Below are positions 56,327-64,000 of a stretch of 64,000 nt of DNA, piece after piece. Positions within the stretch are counted from its first letter, which is position 1; each line of letters begins with the position of its first letter. The stretch comes from Thermoproteota archaeon (GTDB lineage Archaea > Asgardarchaeota > Jordiarchaeia > Jordiarchaeales > Freyrarchaeaceae): contig JAPDJY010000053.1 of NCBI GenBank assembly GCA_029258835.1, positions 1 through 64,000 on the forward strand. Direction: 5' to 3'. Below the pieces are notes generated by a model that saw only the letters and a program-made list of their open reading frames with translations, was not told where the DNA came from and searched no databases. A program made the translations under genes and the position numbers.

Positions 56327-57003
56327 CTTGGACGTCCTCCATTAAAAATTGTAAGCGGGGGAGAGGAAAGCCTCGCCCGGTGGTTACAAAGTGTGGATAT
56401 TTTAAAAACTTTTACTCTTACCGTTACCTGCAACCTTCCTGCTGCCTTTTAATAACCAGAGCTCCGTATCCTCCTTTCTTAGCCTTCTCTCTGTTTTTAA
56501 CCTTTCAGGCGTCCTTCCGGGCATCATTTTCTAGCTTTCAGCACGGTGCTTACTGGTGATAGCTCCTAGAGCACACGTTTCCCGGCTTCTATGGCTGATT
56601 CTTCCATCCGGTTTTTTAGTGTCCATAGGTAGGGTTCACGCGGTATCTTACTGTCAGTCATCTCGCTTGGGTGTCACCTTTCTTCCATCCGGCATGGCGC
56701 ACTTAAGGACGAGGAGAGTAGTGCTGAGAGTGGATGGAAAACCTTAAAGCTGTTTAAACACCATTTTTCATTATCTTACTGCCCCTAAAATGTTGAAGGT
56801 TGTTCCATTCCCTTGGGGGCATTGTCTGCCTTCACCTGCGGTCTTCGCCTTACACGCTAGGTTTTGGTTCGCTGACGGACATTTGGGTTGGAAAATGGCT
56901 TCCGCCGCCAATCCGTCACGGAACGGCGTTGCGGCTGAAACATGAACTACTTCCCGCCGTCACTCCTAGGAATTACGGCTGGCCTCCGCTGAGGGGTGGA
57001 ATT

Positions 57004-57660
57004 ATGAATGCTAGGTTTAAGGTGTTTGATTTAAGCCATGTGATAGAGGAGGGGATGCCTGTTTACCCGGGAGACGTTCCTCCCGAGATATCTGCCGTTA
57101 CGAGTGTTAAGGAGAAAGGGTATAGGATTTCAAGGCTGGTTTTGGGTTCCCATACGGGGACCCATGTGGATGCACCCGCACACTTCATTGAGAGTGGGGA
57201 GGGAATCGACCAAGTTAGCCTTAACAGGCTTGTAGGGTGGGCTTTCGTCGCCGACTTGTCCTACGTGGAGGTTGGGAAAGGGATAGAAAGGGAAGATCTA
57301 GAGCATTACGACCGTGACGTTAGAGAGGGAGACATTCTCCTCGTGTATACTGGAATGGAGAACCTGTGGGGTCAAGAAGAGTTTCTAACTAACTATACTC
57401 ATCTGACGCTTAGCGCTGCCGAATGGATATTAGAAAAGAAGGTTAAAGCTGTCGGGTTTGACTGGATGTCCGTGGAGCGCTACGGGGGGAGTGGAGAAGT
57501 CCACCGTAGGCTTCTATCAGAGGGGGTGATGATCATTGAGAGCCTCACGGGCTTGGGTGCTATTAGGGGTGAACGTGTCTTCTTTGTGCTAGCCCCTCTT
57601 AAGGTTAAGGGATGTGACGGGGGGCCTGCACGCGCAATCGCGGTGAAGTTTGAGGGTTGA
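57004..57660 (+). CDS. Cyclase family (kynurenine formamidase-like) protein
   Basis: DLSH..MPVYPGD, HTGTHVDAPAH, IIESL, DGGPARAIA; ATG 57004 follows GGGGTGG. Confidence 0.9.
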   Translation: MNARFKVFDLSHVIEEGMPVYPGDVPPEISAVTSVKEKGYRISRLVLGSHTGTHVDAPAHFIESGEGIDQVSLNRLVGWAFVADLSYVEVGKGIEREDLEHYDRDVREGDILLVYTGMENLWGQEEFLTNYTHLTLSAAEWILEKKVKAVGFDWMSVERYGGSGEVHRRLLSEGVMIIESLTGLGAIRGERVFFVLAPLKVKGCDGGPARAIAVKFEG

Positions 57661-57846
57661 CCTCGTGAGTGCGGCGGCCTTCTTTGAAGTATAAGCTGGC
57701 CTTGGGCACGCCGGCGGAGGGAGAGGGGCATGTTAAAAGTGTTCATTCACGTTTTCTTTAGATTCTGTGGTGGCTGCCTGCTTGAAAATAATTTAAATAA
57801 GTTGTTTGGTAGAGAGAATTTAAGGGGAGTTCCTGGTGGGGGTTGG

Positions 57847-58473
57847 GTGATTAAGAGGTTTTTTGAAAGTGTTTTAGCTTCTAAAACGGTGCCCCCCGGC
57901 TTTCGGGAGGAGGATGTTTTAGGAGTTATTCTTCTTTTAGGGAGGTCGGATGGGCCAGTAGGGCGTTACACGGTTAAGAGGAAGCTTGGCTTAGGGGAAG
58001 CTACAGCTAAAACTTTGCTTCGCAGGCTTCATGGGCTTGGTATTGTTAGGCCTGCCGGCAGGAGGGGACACGTTCTGACGGAGGAGGGAAAGACGATAGT
58101 TGATATAGTTGAGGGGTACATCGCAGAGTTTAAGAGGGTTCCTAGAAGCGACTTTTCGCTTGGAGAGTGCGACTACGGGATTAGATTTAGGGGTTTGTCC
58201 CATTTGGTTTCTACAGGGTTAGACCAGAGGGATCAGGCTGTAGCGATGGGCGCCGACGGGGCGACGACGATCATCGTTAGGGAGGGAAGGTTTCTGGTTC
58301 CCTCTGTTAAGGAGTTAGAGGGGGAAGAGGAGGAGTTTATACGGCGTCATTTCAACTTGGAGGAGGGAGACGTGGTGGTGATCGTTTCCGGGAGGGACTG
58401 CCTTTCAGCCTTTAAGGCCGGATTAGCTGTCGCGGCAAACCTCATTAAAAAGGTAGAGGACGGGAGAAATTAA
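57847..58473 (+). CDS. Winged-helix protein (DUF4443/DUF2111-like)
   Basis: GRYTVKRKLGLGEATAKTLLRRL..GHVLTEEG; GLDQRDQAVAMGADGATT. Confidence 0.75.
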   Translation: MIKRFFESVLASKTVPPGFREEDVLGVILLLGRSDGPVGRYTVKRKLGLGEATAKTLLRRLHGLGIVRPAGRRGHVLTEEGKTIVDIVEGYIAEFKRVPRSDFSLGECDYGIRFRGLSHLVSTGLDQRDQAVAMGADGATTIIVREGRFLVPSVKELEGEEEEFIRRHFNLEEGDVVVIVSGRDCLSAFKAGLAVAANLIKKVEDGRN

Positions 58474-58535
58474 AGGAGAATTAAGAAGAAATATCGGCGA
58501 GAAGGGAACAAAAGGAAGTTAAATAAACTTGGCGT

Positions 58536-58970
58536 TTATATGTAAAGGCCGTTGCAATCGTGGTCGCGTTTCTTACTCCACGCATTCTGCCATTTTCTGA
58601 TGAAGCTTGCTGTTTCCTCTATTAGCTCGTAAACTTCGTCTGTTTCTCCGTTAGCTATGGCTTCCTGAACGCTCCTCAGAATTTCCCTTTCCTCTTTCTC
58701 CCTGAGCTTTTCGGTTACGGCTTCCCTAAAAAGCCGAACGGCTTTGGGCTCTTTTATCAGGAGGGAGAGGTACTTGTTTATTAACTCATCAAACTTCCCA
58801 TCGGCACTTAACGTTTGAATCGCCTCGAGAAGGGAGAGGAAGGCTATGTCAAACTCGTCTATGTCAAGCTCCAAGTTAACGTTTTCAAGCTCTTCAACCA
58901 GTTCCTCATAGCTCGAGAAGAAGATCCAGAAGAGGTTGCGCAACTCGTTAAGTACGGTGCTTAAGCACAT
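58536..58970 (-). CDS. Hypothetical acidic helical protein
   Basis: 144-aa ORF with RBS, no recognised motif. Confidence 0.6.
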   Translation of the reverse strand: MCLSTVLNELRNLFWIFFSSYEELVEELENVNLELDIDEFDIAFLSLLEAIQTLSADGKFDELINKYLSLLIKEPKAVRLFREAVTEKLREKEEREILRSVQEAIANGETDEVYELIEETASFIRKWQNAWSKKRDHDCNGLYI

Positions 58971-59310
58971 ACATGAACCCTCGAACCGTTTCTATACCCT
59001 TTAGAGGAAAGCAAACTATAAAAAATTATCACCAAAAAACTTAAAAAACGTTTTATTTCAACCTTGAAAAGTCTATTATACGTTAAGAAGAGAAATGAAG
59101 AAGACGTCATGCTAAAGGGTATCCCCCTCTCTTTACAAGGGTCAACATTAAAGTAACCACTGTGAATCAGCGTAGCTATATTTCTTCATCAGCCACCTAA
59201 AAACCTCTCTTAGAGAGAAATTAGGACTAAGAGAAAGCAATGAGAAATTTGATGAGAGCATAGAGCATGGTCTTTTTTGAGGTTTCAGGTGGGGGATCTT
59301 AGGGAAGGTT

Positions 59311-60000
59311 TCAGGTTTTTCTTTGGAGTTTAGTCAAGTGTTTTAAGTAGTTTATGTATTCTGACGTTTTCAGCTTGCTTTCCCCTCTTTTCCTAGCTTG
59401 AAAGGTGTATGGTGTTTCTACCAGCTTTTGGAAACGTGCTTTGGCTATTATTTCCAGTAGAATTTTGAATCCTTCAGGGTTGAGTTCCAGCCCGTCTAGG
59501 ATGCTTCTCTTGAATGCGAAGAACCCTGAGAGGGGGTCCTTCACCCTTCCAGCCTTTGGAGCCAGCATTCTGGCTAGGAGTGTCGCCGTCTTTGAGACCA
59601 GCCTCCTCCACTTAGACCAGCCCTCAACGCGCCCCCCTTCAACGTACCTGCTCGCCACGACCAAGTCGGCTCCTCCCTCAATCTCCCTGAGCATGTGGGG
59701 GAGAACCTCTGGCGGGTGCTGGAGGTCAGCGTCCATCACAGCCACCACATCCCCCCTAGCTGCCCTGATCCCATCAACAACCGCCGACGCGAGGCCCAGC
59801 TTTCCAGACCTGTGAATAACTCTAATATTCCCGTACTTCTCAGCCAACTCCTCGGCAAACTCGCCCGTTCCGTCAGGGCTTCCATCGTCGACAACAATCA
59901 GCTCGTATGGAAAACCACTTAGAGCCCGTCTAAGGCGAGACACCAACTCTCCTAAATTATCCCTCTCATTATAAGTCGGAACCACAACCGAAATGAACAT
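59311..60000 (-). CDS. Polyprenol monophosphomannose synthase (GT2, Dpm1-like)
   Basis: VVVPTYNERDN, VDDGSPDGT, MDADLQHPPE, SRYVEGG, DPLSGFF, GFKILLE, RGESKL. Confidence 0.92.
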   Translation of the reverse strand: MFISVVVPTYNERDNLGELVSRLRRALSGFPYELIVVDDGSPDGTGEFAEELAEKYGNIRVIHRSGKLGLASAVVDGIRAARGDVVAVMDADLQHPPEVLPHMLREIEGGADLVVASRYVEGGRVEGWSKWRRLVSKTATLLARMLAPKAGRVKDPLSGFFAFKRSILDGLELNPEGFKILLEIIAKARFQKLVETPYTFQARKRGESKLKTSEYINYLKHLTKLQRKT

Positions 60001-60186
60001 TAAGGACACCCTTTGAGACCCTAACATAACTACAAAACACCAACCTCCTTTTAAACCTTGCAGACGGCTAAAAAAGGATTAGTGTTGAGAGCTACTTAAG
60101 GTTCCTGCGCCGTTGATTCGGTTTCTACTCACGTGTTTACCGTCAGGCTGAATGTAGGCTAGGTTAAGTTTGAACCTTAGAGTATG

Positions 60187-61622
60187 TTAGCGTCCTTTTA
60201 CCTTGCTTGGTTCCGCTTTGTCCATTTTCTGGATGACTTTGATAAATGCTGATGCTACCGGGTTTAGCTGGTCGGCTGCTACCTTGTCTATGGTGTCGCA
60301 AGGGTCAAAAAGGTATTCTGGGCCTGATATGTAGCTGTAGATGGGGTATCCTGACCTGTAAAAGGCGTTCGCATCGGTTGGAACGCCCAGCGGAGTATTA
60401 CCGGGGAGAATTATTAGTCGTCGTAGGTCGTGCCTTTTCACCTCATCGGCTAGTATACTGGCCATTTCACGTGCTATTTCATTGCTCCCCCCATGGACAA
60501 ATACGCTTCTTGGCTCGGGCATACCCGTATCAACCCATTCCCCATCTTTAACATCAAAGTCCTTTGCTATGTGTTCAATGCACACGTCTAGCATGAGCTT
60601 TGAAGTTATATCTAGATTGCCTTCTATGAATGTGGCATCCCCCCTTGCCGGTCCACCAAAGTGTGAACTAGTGAAGAGGAAAACGATTGTTTTATTCCTT
60701 TCAGATCTTGGAGTTTTAGCCATGTATTCGGCTACAGCTAAAACCTCGGCTACTCCTGATGCATCCTCGACGGCGCTGCTCCATGGCCCATCATGGTGGG
60801 AATGTACAACCATTACGTCGTCGCCTCCACCGGGTAAACGGGCGATAACGTTATGCGTAGTCGACGGCTCAACAGACCCGGTTAATGTTAAATGCGCCCT
60901 AGCTTTCCCTCCTCCTTCTTTAACGAGTTCTACTAGCCGGGTTCCGTGAGCCTTGTTAACCCAGAGGCCAGGGATCCATCCAGGTATCTTTCCGGGTAAA
61001 CCTATGTGAGAGAGGAACCAGTCTGGAAGATCATGGCATAATGGGCCAAAGTAAGGTATGTATATTCTATCCTCATTTGTCGGGTAGTCCGCGAGGACTC
61101 CTACTACCGCCGCCCGGTGTAGGCATGCCAGCCTGTACGCCCGCCACCAGTTAGGATATATCCACGTTGCTGGATGAGCGAAGTCACTTAGGGTTCCTGC
61201 GGGATCCCAAACAAAGTATCCCATGTTTCCTAAGGCTTCTATTCTTAGCAGGGGGAGGTGCACGTCGACTAAAATTATTTTTCCTTTAACATCTACTGCT
61301 TCGAAATCTTCATCTGATCCATCGCCCACGTAAACCATGTCGGTGTCTATTCCTTCTGGACCTGTAAAAGCAGTGTTCGGAGTGTAAAAGCAGGGCACTT
61401 CCTCCCCGCTAACAGTTAACCCCCACTTATCGGCCTCCCAGCGAGATATTTGGTAGGGTTGCTTCTCCACGTCGGTTATGCCGAACTCTTCAAGCTTTCT
61501 TACAATGTAATCTTCAGCCTTGCAGTCTGCCTGCGTGCCGGGTCTTCGATAGCCAAACGAGAAGATCTCCCTTATCCACCCTAATATCTCATCGTTGGGG
61601 CTACGTCTCCCTCCCTGCTCAT
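60187..61622 (-). CDS. M28-family peptidase with PA domain; frameshift near the N-terminus
   Basis: HNVIARLPG, SHHDG, EDASG, TSSH, TDANAF. The frame stays open and protein-like upstream of 61470 (FGYRRPGTQAD), but the ATG at 61622 is out of frame by one base. Confidence 0.75.
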
Positions 61623-61670
61623 CCCACCACCTCTAATAGTTAAATAACCGAAGAAAAATTTAAGCATTTT

Positions 61671-63038
61671 TTGAAGGGAAAGGGAGGCGCCGATTTCTTA
61701 CAGCTGCCATCTTCTTGGAAGACTTTTTCAAAAGGTTTTTATATTTTCTGGTTTTTGGGGGGTTTGTACTTTTACGGCACGGTGAGCGGGTTGGAGATAC
61801 TTGAGTTAATCAGGAAGGGGCTCAGGGTACGCGGTTTCATTTACGTCACACTCGGAAACGTCGCCAACGCGGGGCTAGGCTTCCTTTTCTTCTTCATCGT
61901 GGCACGAATTTTAGACGTAAGTAGTTACGGAGTCATAAGCTACAATGTTTCGACAGGGTTTCTCGGAGCCACGCTTGCGATTTTCGGGTTAAGGACCGCT
62001 GTCATCACGTTTTACCCTAAAGAGAGGAATATTGTGCTTGTTAGGCAAGCCGCAACGTTCACCTTCCTAACTGATGCTGTTGGGATCATTATCATACTGG
62101 CATGTGTGCTATTTTTCAATGCACCCCTTGAGTTTGCAATGCTAATACTTCTTGGAAGTACAGCTTTCATGATGGCCACAGCGATCGCCTTAGGTGAGCA
62201 GAGGTACGGGCAGTATGCCCGCCTCATGATAGGCATGAGGATTGGACAGTGCGCCCTCTTAGGCATAACCTACCTTTTCATCGCTTTTACAGGATGGTTT
62301 CTGCTATGGATTAGGGAAATTGTCCTCTTGGCTTATAGTATTCCCTACATTGCAGCTGGTTACAGGTATTTCAAGTTTATCAGGTTTAATTTTTCCTTTA
62401 GCGAGATCTATGCTAAGTGGCGTTTCTGCCTCCCCGCGGCTGCATCAAGCATTATGACTGCGTCTGTTGGAAGCTTGGACAAGGTGATCATAGGAGCGCT
62501 TTTCGGGATGTTCGCGCTAGGAAACTACCATCTAGCTTTTCAGTTTCTAACGGGCTTCACCATTCTGCCCGTAAGCCTGCTGAGTTTCCTTTTACCTGAG
62601 AAGTCTGGAGGGGCAAAGAGAAGGGAGGTGGAAATCCTCGGCATAGCGGCTGCAGCATTGATAAGCGCTGCAGGCTTCCTCTTAGCCCCATACCTCATCA
62701 AATGGTTCTTCAGAGGGTTTGAGGGAAGCGTAAGTGCCATTCAAGCTCTTAGTCTGGCTGTTGTCCCAGCCAGCGTGGCAAACATCAGGATAAGCACGCT
62801 TTTCAGCGAGGAGAGAGCGGATCTTGCGATGGCAAGCTACCTAGCCATGTTTGGAGTATACCTTTCAGGAATAATTCTTCTTGGGGGGAGCATGCAGGCT
62901 TTAGGCTTCGCGATATCGTACACCATCGGGCAAGCCGTCTTAGCTGTGGCAACCGTGTTATTCTCGTCTGAGTCGTGGAAAAGGTGGAGGGCAAGCAGGA
63001 GAAAGAACGCTTCCGGAGAAGGCACGACACCAAACTGA
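61671..63038 (+). CDS. Oligosaccharide flippase (Wzx/MATE-like), likely start about 61782
   Basis: About 12 TM segments; ARILDVSSYG, LDKVIIG..LGNYHLA. Confidence 0.85.
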   Translation: MKGKGGADFLQLPSSWKTFSKGFYIFWFLGGLYFYGTVSGLEILELIRKGLRVRGFIYVTLGNVANAGLGFLFFFIVARILDVSSYGVISYNVSTGFLGATLAIFGLRTAVITFYPKERNIVLVRQAATFTFLTDAVGIIIILACVLFFNAPLEFAMLILLGSTAFMMATAIALGEQRYGQYARLMIGMRIGQCALLGITYLFIAFTGWFLLWIREIVLLAYSIPYIAAGYRYFKFIRFNFSFSEIYAKWRFCLPAAASSIMTASVGSLDKVIIGALFGMFALGNYHLAFQFLTGFTILPVSLLSFLLPEKSGGAKRREVEILGIAAAALISAAGFLLAPYLIKWFFRGFEGSVSAIQALSLAVVPASVANIRISTLFSEERADLAMASYLAMFGVYLSGIILLGGSMQALGFAISYTIGQAVLAVATVLFSSESWKRWRASRRKNASGEGTTPN

Positions 63039-63047
63039 AGATTTATT

Positions 63048-63983
63048 TTACTTCGGTCCTTCCACCCTGTTCCGGAGGGTGCCTATTTTTTCTATGTATG
63101 CTTCCATCACGTCTCCCGGCTTTAGGAGCTTCGGCTTCGGCTTCGCGTAGAAGCCGACTCCGGCAGGGGTTCCAGTAGCTATCACGTCTCCCGGCTCAAG
63201 CGTCATCACGTCAGATACGAAGGAAACGAGGTATGGTACCTTAAAGATCATGTTTGCTGTGGAGCTGTTCTGCCTCACCTCCCCGTTAACCCTCATCTGC
63301 ATTTTTAGACGGTGAGGGTCTGGGATCTCGTCTTTAAGTGTGAGGTACGGCCCCATTGGCGCGAACGTGTCAAAGCTTTTCCCTCTGAACCATTGTCCAT
63401 CCCTAAACTGGATGTCCCTCGCTGAAACATCATTGAAGACCGTGTAGCCTGCGACGTAGTCGTAGGCTTCCTCCTCCGGTATCTCTCTACCCTTTCGGCC
63501 GATTATTACTGCCAGCTCGACCTCATAGTCAACCTTACGGGAAATTTTGGGGTAAATTACTGGTTCGTCGTGTCCAATTACCGCGGTAGGCGGCTTCGAG
63601 AACAAAATAGGGTTCTCTGGAGGAGTCAAGCCGGCTTCTTCGGCATGATCCGAGTAGTTTAATCCAAGACACACTATTTTGCTAGGTCTTGGGATAGGAG
63701 CCTTCAACTTAACGTCATTAAGGCTGTAGAGCAAGCCTTTGGCTCCGACCTTCCCCATCCGAAGATCTACTCTAACCGATTCAACAACCCTCCTCGCAGC
63801 CTCTAAACACTCCTCGCCAGACGACAGAAAGGAGATCATATCTGATGGGGGCTTAACTCCAGCTGCCTCATCCTCGTAAACCTGGAAGGCAGTAGGGATA
63901 TCTAGTATCAACTCGTTTTCAACTAGTACACCTAGTCTCAGATCGGCTCCCACCGAGAAGCTGACCAGCTTCACGTAAAGCAC
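63048..63983 (-). CDS. Fumarylacetoacetate hydrolase family protein
   Basis: KIVCLGLNY..H, DYEVEL, NDVSARD, GKSFDTF, TGTPAGVG. Confidence 0.94.
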   Translation of the reverse strand: MLYVKLVSFSVGADLRLGVLVENELILDIPTAFQVYEDEAAGVKPPSDMISFLSSGEECLEAARRVVESVRVDLRMGKVGAKGLLYSLNDVKLKAPIPRPSKIVCLGLNYSDHAEEAGLTPPENPILFSKPPTAVIGHDEPVIYPKISRKVDYEVELAVIIGRKGREIPEEEAYDYVAGYTVFNDVSARDIQFRDGQWFRGKSFDTFAPMGPYLTLKDEIPDPHRLKMQMRVNGEVRQNSSTANMIFKVPYLVSFVSDVMTLEPGDVIATGTPAGVGFYAKPKPKLLKPGDVMEAYIEKIGTLRNRVEGPK

Positions 63984-64000
63984 CCCTTCGTCTGGTAAGA

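Noticed and set aside
599-63178. Numerous short ORFs overlapping recognised genes on the opposite strand or in shifted frames
   Set aside because: Shadow ORFs with no motifs or ribosome-binding sites.

Overview
Gene-dense archaeal chromosome segment, probably from a thermophilic Asgard archaeon (Jordarchaeia/Freyarchaeia-like). That placement is an inference from a roadblock/LC7 gene, a TrmB-coiled-coil protein, two hdrBC sets, geranylgeranyl reductase, archaeal CCA enzyme/EndA and GGAGG/GGTG ribosome-binding sites. It holds about 60 mostly metabolic or housekeeping genes, a vapBC pair and tRNA-His next to hisS. Main result: three apparently broken protein-coding genes each carry a short insertion (36, 29 and 16 nt). 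They are an FAD-linked oxidoreductase, leuC/hacA and a membrane metal-dependent hydrolase. Each insertion folds into a bulge-helix-bulge (BHB or relaxed BHL) splicing motif, and cutting at the standard EndA positions restores a full-length in-frame protein. This suggests tRNA-type introns in ordinary mRNAs. The window also encodes a tRNA-His(GUG) with three BHB introns (two of them around a 1-nt exon, with a predicted splicing order) and an EndA subunit. Candidate small RNAs: a box H/ACA guide matching 23S helix 69, two CCUCCUCCC (anti-Shine-Dalgarno-like) RNAs behind an identical promoter sequence, a k-turn hairpin and two copies of a structured element resembling tnpB 3' ends. All calls were made by eye; no database searches or folding programs were run.
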